From assembly GCA_032718475.1 (NCBI GenBank), contig JAUCBJ010003949.1:1-64000 (forward strand): a stretch of DNA of 64,000 bases, given 5' to 3'. The stretch comes from Nemertoderma westbladi. Taxonomy: Eukaryota > Animalia > Xenacoelomorpha. The notes below the pieces were generated by a model. That model was not told the DNA's origin. It did no database searches and worked only from the letters and a program-made list of their open reading frames with translations. The position numbers and the translations under genes were made by a program. Positions 26,221-39,100 of this stretch are shown piece by piece; within the stretch, counting starts at the first letter, position 1; each line of letters begins with the position of its first letter.

Positions 26221-27911
26221 GAACTACTGTACTGTGGTTGGCATTACGCCATATACCTAACACTAATAATACAGTCTACAATACAGCCTATCTACAGTAC
26301 AGAATGGATTTTTTGCCACGAAGAGCAATAAATGTCATTAATACTATCCACCAGTATACCTTCTCCAAGAGCCTTCCAATAAAACATGTATTCCAGCATG
26401 ACGTCCACTGCACGTCTTCGTGTTGTCCATTGTGACGTGCAGTGGACTTCATAGGCTCTAAGGGGTTAAGCAACACGGTCCCTACTTCGCCCTGTCGACA
26501 CCCCAGCCATTTTTCACCAATCCTTTTTTAGAGTTTTTTAATTTTTTTGGTATTGGTGAAAGTTCTACAACATTAGTAGATATGTTTTTTATGATAGCTA
26601 GTGTTTTTTTGCTAGCTAGTATTTTTTGAAATTATAAAAAATGTGAAAGTCCATCATATTTCAGGTTAAACTGTTGATGAATATATTAATGACCAAAATA
26701 ATTTCCAAAAATTACTAGCTAGTAAAAAATACTTGCTATATACCATAAAAAATCTACTAAGGTTCTAGAACATTCACTAATATAAAAAAGCACTCAAAAT
26801 CACAAAACAATAAAAGTTAAAAAACTCATTCGGGACTCTTTTGCTTAAGGAGTCAAAATGTAGAAAAAAGTCCCGAAGTTTGCGACGTTTGCGAAATTCG
26901 CGAAGAATTCGTCAGTTTCTGTGCCCTAATGGTTTCGTGACGAAACAATAAAATCTTACACACTTAACACACACGAACTAATTTAATGTGTGTATTAGTA
27001 TGCCTGAATAATTAAATAGAAATTGAATTAATGAACGCTATTTCAACATGAAATCTACGGAATCAATACACAACACACACACACTACTGAATTTAAAAGT
27101 TTATATAGATTGCAACTTATATTTGGCTGCTACCTTTTAGGCCTAATGGGTGACTAATTTAATTATTCACCCCTATATATTTGTAGCCTTTTTAATTTGT
27201 GCCTCTAATTGAATCAAACATTAAACCAAAATATATGTCACAATATTGGTCTGTCGGTAGCTGGTCAATGAATCTCTCATAAATTTGTTAATTAGTCGCT
27301 GCTCAGTCATTGAACATTTGAACACGTGCTGCTCGAAGACCCCACAACGTGTTATGAACTGCATCCTATCTTTTTCTCCTTTTTTTTTTAACTACATCCT
27401 TTCCTTTTTTTCCTTTTTTTTGAAAATATAAAATCATTTTTTCCTTTTTTTCTCTTTTTTTGGCTGGGAGGGCTGTAAATTGTAAAACTAATATTTATCA
27501 CGCCCCCCTCATCCGCCTCTTCCTTCTTAATCCCCAACTAAAACTCACTTCCCAAGATATTTAACCAAGTTACCTCGCAACGTTATATAAAATTATTTAC
27601 ATTTATTTAAAGAATAATATAGTATTACTGGCAGATAGGTTATATTGGACGGATCCAAGAATTCGATGTCCTTATTTCTAACGCGTGTTTGTTTGTTTGT
27701 TTGTTTGTGTGTTTGTTTGTACACACAACTTCTGGCACTTTATGGTGATGGAATTGGATGAAACTTTGATGATAGGTTCATTATCGGACCTAGTTGTGTA
27801 TGATGCAAGGTTTTGGTTGCTGGGGACCTGTTGGTTGCTGGGGGTGCTACCCCACCACCCCCCCCCCCCCCTAAACCTTTATTTTATTGCTCAGTAATAT
27901 ATTTATTATAG

Positions 27912-28105
27912 TTGGGCGGTGCAGAAGAGATAGCATTCTCAGTGAAGACCATGTCTCTCCCACTAGTAGTCATTGTCCATGGCAACCAAGAAGCGTCAGC
28001 AACGGCCACCATACTGTGGGACAACGCATTCGCGGATTCCGGGAGGATTGGCTTTACTGTACCCGATAGAGTTTCTTGGAAAGATTTAACAACGTCACTT
28101 AATAA
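27912..28105 (+). CDS. STAT: STAT5-like exon: end of the DNA-binding domain and start of the linker
   Basis: [26 protein letters not shown]...VPDRVSW. AG at 27910-27911, GTTAGT at 28106, phase 2. Confidence 0.93.
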
Positions 28106-28199
28106 GTTAGTATTGTTGTTGTAGCCACTAAGTAAATACGTCCTTGGTCTACTTTGTGGGTAGCTTTGTGATACTTAACTCAGGATTTGTTTATTTCAG

Positions 28200-28308
28200 T
28201 AAATTCCACCAAATTGGTGCGTTACCTATGACTGAAGAAAATTTGCAATACTTGGCGGAGAAAGCGTTCCCCACCTTACCACCGAATCCCGTTTATGATA
28301 AATTACAA
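28200..28308 (+). CDS. STAT: STAT exon (linker domain)
   Basis: TTTCAG acceptor; NKFHQIGALPMTEENLQYLAEKAF; GTTAGT donor. Phases match both neighbours. Confidence 0.88.
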
Positions 28309-28484
28309 GTTAGTGTAAATTACATGTACCGGACTATCCTAAAGTATGTTACCGTCCTTCTTGGTCAATATCGATATTGATACCGGTACGCTTCTGCATG
28401 CATTGCAGTTTTTGTTGCTTCTCTGTGTACTGATATGAGTAATATGGTTGCTTTTTAAATTCATATTTCGTGTATTTTTTTCAG

Positions 28485-28704
28485 ATAACGTGGTCCCAAT
28501 TTAATAAAGATACTTTGGCGCATAAATCATTTACTTTTTGGGAATGGTTTCACGGAATATACGACTTACTCAAGCGACATCTTAAAGAGTTGTGGAACGA
28601 TAAGCTTATTGTCGGCTTTTTAGGGAAATTGACCGCCCAAGAAGCGCTGCTCAATTGTCCACAAGATGGGACGTTTTTGCTTAGATTTAGTGACGGGGAA
28701 CTGG
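28485..28704 (+). CDS. STAT: STAT exon (linker and SH2 N-terminus)
   Basis: ITWSQFNKD...FTFWEWF...LWNDKLIVGF...GTFLLRFSDGELG; GTGAGT donor at 28705. Confidence 0.95.
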
Positions 28705-28800
28705 GTGAGTGGAACGTTTTTACTTCCCTTAGAACGTTTTTGTGACTGCGAGCGAACATTATTTTAATTTATACAAATGTCTTACGTCTTCCAACTTTAG

Positions 28801-28990
28801 GCGGAATATCAATAGCGTGGATCGCCACCCACCCTGAGACTCACACACGACAGGTCTGGCATATCAACCCCTTTATCGCACGAGACTTCATTATTCGTTC
28901 TTTAGCGGAACGAGTAAAGGATTTCGACCATCTCACAGTTCTCTACCCTTGTCGTCCCAAGGCCGAGGCGTTCGGGAAATTCTACGAACG
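28801..28990 (+). CDS. STAT: STAT exon (SH2 domain)
   Basis: GGISIAWI...INPFIARDFIIRSLAERVKDFDHLTVLYPCRPKAEAFGKFY; TTTAG acceptor, GTAAGT donor. Confidence 0.93.
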
Positions 28991-29754
28991 GTAAGTATTA
29001 TTGGAATGCATTGATAATCGCCTGATGGCGCTTAAATGTTATAATTAGTTAATTAATTTTCACATTTGATGGCTTTCAATCTGTCTGTAGTTTTTTCTAA
29101 GGAGGTTTTATGACTGAGAAATCGGTTAAAATATCCAGTTGGTTTTTCTTTTGAACTGTTTATTTTGTTATAAGATTGGAAACGTTAAAACCATAGAGCT
29201 GTTAATAATTTAAACCGCTGGTTTATTTAATGGTTTTAATGGTAATTAAAGAAATTAAAGAAAGATATCCTGATATGTTAAACTTAAATATATATTTTAT
29301 TCATACGAATATTATTCATACACCAGGGGCGTAGCCGAGGGGGAGGGGGGGGGGGGGGGGGGGGGGTGGTGGTGTGGGTTGGTTCTTTCTATCGCGCTTA
29401 CTTCGCTTGCAATCTCCCCCCCTTCACAGAATCTTGGCTACATCACTGATTAGCTAGACTGTAAGGCATCGTCCATAGAGTTCGTCAGGTATATGATGTC
29501 CGAATACATCCGGGATTTTTATACCGATTACAACATCCCTGTCCGGCACGCCCCCTGTTTTTGTGTAAATACCCCCCTTATTTCGCGGACGTACTCACTA
29601 TAATTTATGCCCGAATATGGGCATTACATCTACATCTTTACTTCACCTTTCACCTACATCTTCCTCGAATCCGATTGTAAAACGGATTGTTAGACGATTG
29701 TGTAATTAGAGATTGGGGCTTTGTAAACTCAAGAGAAATACCTTTGAAATCTTG

Positions 29755-29972
29755 GGCACTTTCTTGGACACACTTTTCCTACTTTATTGACACACTTTGG
29801 AAACTCTTTGGACACACTTTCTTGGACACTCTTTGGACACAGTTTGGACACTCTTTGGACACACTTTCTTGGACACTCTTTGGACACTCTTTGGACACAC
29901 TTTCTTGGACACTCTTTGGACATAGTTTGGACAATCTTTGGACACACTTTGGACACACTTTCTTGGACACTT
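29755..29972 (+). repeat. Intronic minisatellite TTGGACAC(AC)T(C/T)T
   Basis: 11-14-bp variant units repeated about 15 times. Confidence 0.9.
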
Positions 29973-30000
29973 GTTAGGAGAATCGCCCATTTGTGTTTAG

Positions 30001-30137
30001 GAATGCGGATCATGTGCAACGGGCTGTCCGTCTAGGTTACGTCGAAGCCGTCCTTATTAACAAGGTAACTGACCCCGTGGTGGCTGCCCCAATGAATATA
30101 GACAACCCAGAGACTCCAGCGCGACCAGACTGTCATG
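30001..30137 (+). CDS. STAT: STAT exon containing the phospho-tyrosine motif GYV
   Basis: TTTAG acceptor; the phase-2 join gives RNADHVQRAVRLGYVEAVLINK; GTATGT donor at 30138. Confidence 0.8.
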
Positions 30138-30568
30138 GTATGTTGGCTTACATTCTTAAATGCTTAATAATTTATACGAAACGCTGAAATAATATTTTTA
30201 TAGGAATAGGTGTAGAGTTATAATATAGGTGTGAATAAGTAGATGTATTGTGTGAATTATATGGGTAGAGATGACGATTGGATGAATTTGTTGAACACTC
30301 ACAGTTTAATCATAGTCCTAATTACTAACTAGTTTCTTAATGATAAATAATATAGCACATTATTTTACAGTAATCTTTGTGGTAATGTTGCATATTGTAA
30401 TTGTAATCTGGTATTATAATTATTCTTATAAAAAAAACTTGCTGTGATCATACGAACGGCGAGTTAAGATGTTGTCGTTTTTCTCGTAAATTACCATGAT
30501 ACGTTTATTGAATTACTCTTAAATAAACTTAATAAACTTTAATTACCTATTTATTGTCTTCTCCGCAG

Positions 30569-30771
30569 ACGGATACCCACTAAGTCCAATGTCGTCGTTA
30601 ATCTGCAGTCCCCCGCCCCCGAGCATTGGTTCCCAGTCTGTGGTCACTGACGATGGCCGAGGCATCCACGTTCCACAGATATCCGACCTCCTCTCCGATC
30701 TTCCCCACTCGATGGCCATCGACGAAGACGAACTAGCCGACTTCCTCACGCGATTCCAAGATCCATCGTAG
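30569..30771 (+). CDS. STAT: STAT terminal exon (Ser/Pro-rich, acidic transactivation tail)
   Basis: CCGCAG acceptor; the phase-1 join gives DGYPLSPMSS...DEDELADFLTRFQDPS*. AATAAA at about 31092. Confidence 0.75.
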
Positions 30772-31215
30772 TCTCTTTGTTCTCCGTCCCTATAGATCCG
30801 TCCGTCCTAGACCTCCCACACTCAGAGACAACCATGCACAGCCTCGCGGCAATCTTGTAAAAGATGTGGATTATCAGCCATCAAACTTGTTATAGCTTAT
30901 AACTTAGTTGTTATAGATTTCCAGTGTAATAATGTTGTATTTCTAGTGAAACCCAGCTGCTGCTATCATCCATACTGCTATTGCTATTACCAAATTCAAC
31001 CTTGGTATTATCATCCATTCACACCAGTTCCATTAGCATACATATCGCACAGCATACACGCTTGCTTTATCTCTCACACATCCTGATTGTGAATAAAATA
31101 GGGTATGACTTTAGCAGGGGAATACTAATATATACTTATACAATTTTATACAACTTGTACAATTTGCAGGGTAAGACCCCAAGTTTCGTTTCCTATTTGT
31201 ATGCCCGGATTGTAA

Positions 31216-31455
31216 CATGCATGTCCTACAACTCTAGCCCTAACTATTAATTACTGTGAATCATGCATGTCCTACAACTCTAGCCCTAACTATTAATTAC
31301 TGTAAATCATGCATGTCCTACAACTCTAGCCCTAACTATTAATTACTGTAAATCATGCATGTCCTACAACTCTAGCCCTAACTATTAATTACTGTAAATC
31401 ATGCATGTCCTACAACTCTAGCCCTAACTATTAATCACTGTGAATCATACATGTT
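31216..31455 (+). repeat. 46-bp tandem repeat, about 5 copies
   Basis: Unit CATGCATGTCCTACAACTCTAGCCCTAACTATTAATTACTGTAAAT. Confidence 0.92.
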
Positions 31456-32649
31456 CTAAACTTTATTTTGTGGTTCCCCATCCCCCTTCACAACTTTGGT
31501 GACTAAGAATTATCTACGGGATATGACGTGTACGTTGGCGTCGTTGTGCCGTAGAGGGCTATGATGTGCCGCCATCACCATAGGTTAGGTTAGTTCGAAG
31601 ACTTCTAGGAAATAGTATTTATTCGAATAATAATTTAGAATACAGACCATGCTCTAGAAGTCCTTGGCTAGTTTCATTGTGGGGTGATTTAGGCTCGTAC
31701 CAAGTGGTCATACTTACAACTATCCCTTATTGCTACAATCCATTGTTAACACATCCTATACTCTTTTTATACGTAGTTTTAGTGACATTTAGTTTAAATC
31801 GCATCAAAACTCAAACTGAACCTTAGAAATGAACAACCCAATTTTGTAACGAAGAAAAACAGGTATTATTAGACTGACGAATAAATAATTTGCATTTAGT
31901 GCTGTTTAGTTCAGTGTAAGTAAGTGTACCGGTAAGTAAGTAGTATGCAGTTCCCAATAGAGGTGACATCTCTTCATTAACGACCATCGTACGATAGGCT
32001 CTGCTTTAGACTTTATCATATTATTCATACTTAATGAACATGAGAACAACTAGATGCAAATTGTATTGTATTCCATTGTATTTGCATACCTATCTATGTT
32101 TAAATTCGTTTCAATTTAAATGTAAATTTATTTAGGTATTTTTTTGCATTTATTTTAACTTTTGTCAACAATTCGTTGTTATGGAAATCCGGCCGGTACC
32201 GAAACCGGATTTTTTTCTCAAAATTTTCTCAAAAATATCCGCCACACTACTACTCTATATCGTTCTGGCCTGGGATCTGCCGACTATACCTTTCGCCGTT
32301 CCGAGCGAGCTATAACGAGCGATTTTATTTATACAAGGGACGGTCATAAAATGAAGAACATTTATTTTTCATTTTTTGCCTTTTTTACCTCCCCTTGCTG
32401 ACTGTAAACCATTGTACAGCTGTACAGGTATAGAGAGAATGGCGACATCGCCATGTATTTATTGGATATCTGGTGTGGCTTACTCATCGGAAAGCAGAGG
32501 TCTACAGCAGTAGGCTATGTACCTCACTACCATCGGAAACCTTTAGTAAATATGCCAATGTAGACGACAATTATACAAAGTCTGACGACGTATTTCCAGT
32601 GCGGTCGTCCCAGAACTTTAAAGCATTCTGGCCAAAACGAAAACTTACC

Positions 32650-32740
32650 TGACCATCTTGCGGGGCTCGAACCCAAGACCTCTCGAGTCTGATATGTAAA
32701 TTCAAGGCAACTACGTAATGAAACCACAGCGCCGTGGTCG
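32650..32740 (-). mobile_element. tRNA-derived, SINE-like head
   Basis: Minus strand reads GACCACGGCGCTGTGG...GAGGTCTTGGGTTCGAGCCCCGCAAGATGGTC, with a clear B box and a degenerate A box. Confidence 0.4.
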
Positions 32741-33109
32741 GTATAAATCAGTCGTTTTTAGATATAAGTTGCTTTTGTCTCAGTGTCCATGTATGTATTA
32801 TATATGTTGGAAAAAACCATCATATCCTAATTCTGATAAACTTTAAATCTTTAAAAATTCAACTACGTGGAATAAAATAAGATTTTTCGCAGTTAAGTTT
32901 GTAAAAAAATCAACCAGTTTGCATTTAATTTCGGTTTCTGTGTTCATCTGTCAAACTATTTTGCTATCAAACCTACTAAATATAGTTTCCTAAAATTTGC
33001 ACTACGGTACTAGTCTTACTACCCTTGTGTCCAATCCAAATGGAATAAATAATTTATTGTATTTTTTAATCTTACATAATACTATTAGTAATAGTTTTCG
33101 CAATAGTAA

Positions 33110-36100
33110 TCGTTTATTCCTTCCCCCCCCCCCCCCCCCTTGTCTCCACCCGCCTCGTTTATTCTCGCCCCCTTGTCTCCACCCGCCTCGTTTATTCCCC
33201 CCCCCCCCCTTGTCTCCACCCGCCTCGTTTATTCCCGCCCCCTTGTCTCCACCCGCCTCGTTTATTCCCTCCCCCTTGTCTCCACCCGCCTCGTTTATTC
33301 TCGCCCCCTTGTCTCCCACCCGCCTCGTTTATCCCCGCCCCCTTGTCTCCCACCCGCCTCGTTTATTCCCGCCCCCTTGTCTCCACCCGCCTCGTTTATT
33401 CCCGCCCCCTTGTCTCCCACCCGCCTCGTTTATTCCCGCCCCCTTGTCTCCACCCGCCTCGTTTATTCCTTCCCCCTTGTCTCCACCCGCCTCGTTTATT
33501 CCCGCCCCCTTGTCTCCACCCGCCTCGTTTATTCCCGCCCCCTTGTCTCCACCCGCCTCGTTTATTCCCTCCCCCTTGTCTCCCACCTGCCTCGTTTATT
33601 CCCGCCCCCTTGTCTCCACCCGCCTCGTTTATTCCCGCCCCCTTGTCTCCCACCCGCCTCGTTTATTCCCGCCCCCTTGTCTCCCACCCGCCTCGTTTAT
33701 TCCCTCCCCCTTGTCTCCACCCGCCTCGTTTATTCCCGCCCCCTTGTCTCCACCCGCCTCGTTTATTCCCTCCCCCTTGTCTCCACCCGCCTCGTTTATT
33801 CCCGCCCCCTTGTCTCCCACCCGCCTCGTTTATTCCCGCCCCCTTGTCTCCCACCCGCCTCGTTTATTCCCGCCCCCTTGTCTCCACCCGCCTCGTTTAT
33901 TCCCTCCCCCTTGTCTCCACCCGCCTCGTTTATTCCCGCCCCCTTGTCTCCACCCGCCTCGTTTATTCCCGCCCCCTTGTCTCCACCCGCCTCGTTTATT
34001 CCCTCCCCCTTGTCTCCACCCGCCTCGTTTATTCCTTCCCCCTTGTCTCCACCCGCCTCGTTTATTCCCGCCCCCTTGTCTCCCACCCGCCTCCTTTATT
34101 CCCTCCCCCTTGTCTCCCACCCGCCTCGTTTATTCCCGCCCCCTTGTCTCCCACCCGCCTCGTTTATTCCCGCCCCCTTGTCTCCACCCGCCTCGTTTAT
34201 TCCCGCCCCCTTGTCTCCACCCGCCTCGTTTATTCCCGCCCCCTTGTCTCCCACCCGCCTCGTTTATTCCCGCCCCCTTGTCTCCACCCGCCTCGTTTAT
34301 TCCCTCCCCCTTGTCTCCCACCCGCCTCGTTTATTCCCGCCCCCTTGTCTCCCACCCGCCTCGTTTATTCCCGCCCCCTTGTCTCCACCCGCCTCGTTTA
34401 TTCCCTCCCCCTTGTCTCCACCCGCCTCGTTTATTCCCGCCCCCTTGTCTCCCACCCGCCTCGTTTATTCCCTCCCCCTTGTCTCCCACCCGCCTCGTTT
34501 ATTCCCGCCCCCTTGTCTCCCACCCGCCTCGTTTATTCCCGCCCCCTTGTCTCCACCCGCCTCGTTTATTCCCGCCCCCTTGTCTCCCACCCGCCTCGTT
34601 TATTCCCGCCCCCTTGTCTCCACCCGCCTCGTTTATTCCCTCCCCCTTGTCTCCACCCGCCTCGTTTATTCCCGCCCCCTTGTCTCCACCCGCCTCGTTT
34701 ATTCCCGCCCCCTTGTCTCCACCCGCCTCGTTTATTCCCGCCCCCTTGTCTCCACCCGCCTCGTTTATTCCCGCCCCCTTGTCTCCACCCGCCTCGTTTA
34801 TTCCCGCCCCCTTGTCTCCACCCGCCTCGTTTATTCCCGCCCCCTTGTCTCCACCCGCCTCGTTTATTCCCGCCCCCTTGTCTCCCACCCGCCTCGTTTA
34901 TTCCCGCCCCCTTGTCTCCACCCGCCTCGTTTATTCCCTCCCCTTGTCTCCACCCGCCTCGTTTATTCCCGCCCCCTTGTCTCCACCCGCCTCGTTTATT
35001 CCCGCCCCCTTGTCTCCACCCGCCTCGTTTATTCCCGCCCCCTTGTCTCCACCCGCCTCGTTTATTCCCGCCCCCTTGTCTCCACCCGCCTCGTTTATTC
35101 CCGCCCCCTTGTCTCCACCCGCCTCGTTTATTCCCTCCCCCTTGTCTCCACCCGCCTCGTTTATTCCCGCCCCCTTGTCTCCACCCGCCTCGTTTATTCC
35201 CGCCCCCTTGTCTCCACCCGCCTCGTTTATTCCCGCCCCCTTGTCTCCACCCGCCTCGTTTATTCCCGCCCCCTTGTCTCCACCCGCCTCGTTTATTCCC
35301 GCCCCCTTGTCTCCACCCGCCTCGTTTATTCCCTCCCCCTTGTCTCCACCCGCCTCGTTTATTCCCTCCCCCTTGTCTCCACCCGCCTCGTTTATTCCCT
35401 CCCCCTTGTCTCCACCCGCCTCGTTTATTCCCGCCCCCTTGTCTCCACCCGCCTCGTTTATTCCCTCCCCCTTGTCTCCACCCGCCTCGTTTATTCCCGC
35501 CCCCTTGTCTCCACCCGCCTCGTTTATTCCCTGCCCCCTTGTCTCCACCCGCCTCGTTTATTCCCTCCCCCTTGTCTCCACCCGCCTCGTTTATTCCCTC
35601 CCCCTTGTCTCCACCCGCCTCGTTTATTCCCGCCCCCTTGTCTCCACCCGCCTCGTTTATTCCCGCCCCCTTGTCTCCACCCGCCTCGTTTATTCCCGCC
35701 CCCTTGTCTCCACCCGCCTCGTTTATTCCCGCCCCCTTGTCTCCACCCGCCTCGTTTATTCCCGCCCCCTTGTCTCCACCCGCCTCGTTTATTCCCTCCC
35801 CCTTGTCTCCACCCGCCTCGTTTATTCCCGCCCCCTTGTCTCCACCCGCCTCGTTTATTCCCGCCCCCTTGTCTCCACCCGCCTCGTTTATTCCCGCCCC
35901 CTTGTCTCCCACCCGCCTCGTTTATTCCCGCCCCCTTGTCTCCACCCGCCTCGTTTATTCCCGCCCCCTTGTCTCCCACCCGCCTCGTTTATTCCCGCCC
36001 CCTTGTCTCCACCCGCCTCGTTTATTCCCTCCCCCTTGTCTCCCACCCGCCTCGTTTATTCCCGCCCCCTTGTCTCCACCCGCCTCGTTTATTCCCGCCC

Positions 36101-39100
36101 CCTTGTCTCCACCCGCCTCGTTTATTCCCTCCCCCTTGTCTCCACCCGCCTCGTTTATTCCCTCCCCCTTGTCTCCACCCGCCTCGTTTATTCCCGCCCC
36201 CTTGTCTCCACCCGCCTCGTTTATTCCCGCCCCCTTGTCTCCCACCCGCCTCGTTTATTCCCGCCCCCTTGTCTCCACCCGCCTCGTTTATTCCCGCCCC
36301 CTTGTCTCCACCCGCCTCGTTTATTCCCGCCCCCTTGTCTCCCACCCGCCTCGTTTATTCCCGCCCCCTTGTCTCCACCCGCCTCGTTTATTCCCGCCCC
36401 CTTGTCTCCACCCGCCTCGTTTATTCCCGCCCCCTTGTCTCCACCCGCCTCGTTTATTCCCGCCCCCTTGTCTCCACCCGCCTCGTTTATTCCCGCCCCC
36501 TTGTCTCCACCCGCCTCGTTTATTCCCTCCCCCTTGTCTCCACCCGCCTCGTTTATTCCCTCCCCCTTGTCTCCACCCGCCTCGTTTATTCCCGCCCCCT
36601 TGTCTCCACCCGCCTCGTTTATTCCCGCCCCCTTGTCTCCACCCGCCTCGTTTATTCCCGCCCCCTTGTCTCCACCCGCCTCGTTTATTCCCTCCCCCTT
36701 GTCTCCCACCCGCCTCGTTTATTCCCGCCCCCTTGTCTCCACCCGCCTCGTTTATTCCCGCCCCCTTGTCTCCACCCGCCTCGTTTATTCCCTCCCCCTT
36801 GTCTCCACCCGCCTCGTTTATTCCCGCCCCCTTGTCTCCACCCGCCTCGTTTATTCCCGCCCCCTTGTCTCCACCCGCCTCGTTTATTCCCTCCCCCTTG
36901 TCTCCACCCGCCTCGTTTATTCCCTCCCCCTTGTCTCCACCCGCCTCGTTTATTCCCGCCCCCTTGTCTCCTACCCGCCTCGTTTATTCCCGCCCCCTTG
37001 TCTCCACCCGCCTCGTTTATTCCCTCCCCCTTGTCTCCACCCGCCTCGTTTATTCCCGCCCCCTTGTCTCCACCCGCCTCGTTTATTCCCGCCCCCTTGT
37101 CTCCACCCGCCTCGTTTATTCCCTCCCCCTTGTCTCCCACCCGCCTCGTTTATTCCCGCCCCCTTGTCTCCCACCCGCCTCGTTTATTCCCGCCCCCTTG
37201 TCTCCACCCGCCTCGTTTATTCCCTCCCCCTTGTCTCCACCCGCCTCGTTTATTCCCTCCCCCTTGTCTCCACCCGCCTCGTTTATTCCCGCCCCCTTGT
37301 CTCCTACCCGCCTCGTTTATTCCCGCCCCCTTGTCTCCACCCGCCTCGTTTATTCCCGCCCCCTTGTCTCCACCCGCCTCGTTTATTCCCTCCCCCTTGT
37401 CTCCACCCGCCTCGTTTATTCCCGCCCCCTTGTCTCCACCCGCCTCGTTTATTCCCGCCCCCTTGTCTCCACCCGCCTCGTTTATTCCCTCCCCCTTGTC
37501 TCCACCCGCCTCGTTTATTCCCTCCCCCTTGTCTCCACCCGCCTCGTTTATTCCCTCCCCCTTGTCTCCACCCGCCTCGTTTATTCCCCCCCCTTGTCTC
37601 CACCCGCCTCGTTTATTCCCGCCCCCTTGTCTCCACCCGCCTCGTTTATTCCCTCCCCCTTGTCTCCACCCGCCTCGTTTATTCCCGCCCCCTTGTCTCC
37701 ACCCGCCTCGTTTATTCCCTCCCCCTTGTCTCCACCCGCCTCGTTTATTCCCTCCCCCTTGTCTCCACCCGCCTCGTTTATTCCCGCCCCCTTGTCTCCA
37801 CCCGCCTCGTTTATTCCCGCCCCCTTGTCTCCACCCGCCTCGTTTATTCCCTCCCCCTTGTCTCCACCCGCCTCGTTTATTCCCTCCCCCTTGTCTCCAC
37901 CCGCCTCGTTTATTCCCGCCCCCCTTGTCTCCACCCGCCTCGTTTATTCCCGCCCCCTTGTCTCCACCCGCCTCGTTTATTCCCGCCCCCTTGTCTCCAC
38001 CCGCCTCGTTTATTCCCTCCCCCTTGTCTCCACCCGCCTCGTTTATTCCCTCCCCCTTGTCTCCACCCGCCTCGTTTATTCCCGCCCCCTTGTCTCCACC
38101 CGCCTCGTTTATTCCCGCCCCCTTGTCTCCACCCGCCTCGTTTATTCCCGCCCCCTTGTCTCCACCCGCCTCGTTTATTCCCGCCCCCTTGTCTCCTACC
38201 CGCCTCGTTTATTCCCGCCCCCCTTGTCTCCACCCGCCTCGTTTATTCCCGCCCCCTTGTCTCCACCCCCCTCGTTTATTCCCTCCCCCTTGTCTCCACC
38301 CGCCTCGTTTATTCCCGCCCCCTTGTCTCCACCCGCCTCGTTTATTCCCTCCCCCTTGTCTCCACCCGCCTCGTTTATTCCCGCCCCCTTGTCTACACCC
38401 GCCTCGTTTATTCCCTCCCCCTTGTCTCCACCCGCCTCGTTTATTCTCGCTCCCTTGTCTCCACCCGCCTCGTTTATTCCCGCCCCCTTGTCTCCCACCC
38501 GCCTCGTATATTCCCGCCCAATTGTCTCCACCTGCCTCGTTTATTCCCGCCCCCTTGTCTCCTACCCGCCTCGTTTATTCCCTCCCCCTTGTCTCCACCC
38601 GCCTCGTTTATTCCCTCCCCCTTGTCTCCACCCGCCTCGTTTATTCCCGCCCCCTTGTCTCCCACCCGCCTCGTTTATTCCCGCCCCCTTGTCTCCACCC
38701 GCCTCGTTTATTCCCGCCCCCTTGTCTCCACCCGCCTCCTTTATTCCCGCCCCCTTGTCTCCACCCGCCTCGTTTATTCCCGCCCCCTTGTCTCCACCCG
38801 CCTCCTTTATTCCCGCCCCCTTGTCTCCACCCGCCTCGTTTATTCCCTCCCCCTTGTCTCCCACCCGCCTCGTTTATTCCCGCCCCCTTGTCTCCACCCG
38901 CCTCCTTTATTCCCTCCCCCTTGTCTCCACCCGCCTCGTTTATTCCCTCCCCCTTGTCTCCACCCGCCTCGTTTATTCCCGCCCCCTTGTCTCCACCCGC
39001 CTCCTTTATTCCCGCCCCCTTGTCTCCACCCGCCTCCTTTATTCCCTCCCCCTTGTCTCCACCCGCCTCGTTTATTCTCTCCCCCTTGTCTCCCACCCAC

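Larger units (their letters stand above)
22933..27475. mobile_element. Degraded hAT-like DNA transposon with nested insertions
   Basis: TIRs CAGGCCTCCCAG and CTGGGAGGGCTG, flanked by TAAAT on both sides (22928-22932, 27476-27480), with T-rich subterminal repeats. A minus-strand fragment VTMDNTKTCSGRHAGIHVLLE near 26370-26440 resembles a hAT transposase motif. Confidence 0.5.

Noticed and set aside
32581-32650. CTGACGA...GAAA as a second hammerhead
   Set aside because: I could not build stems I-III around the motifs. The CTGATGA at about 17383 is likewise just RT coding sequence.
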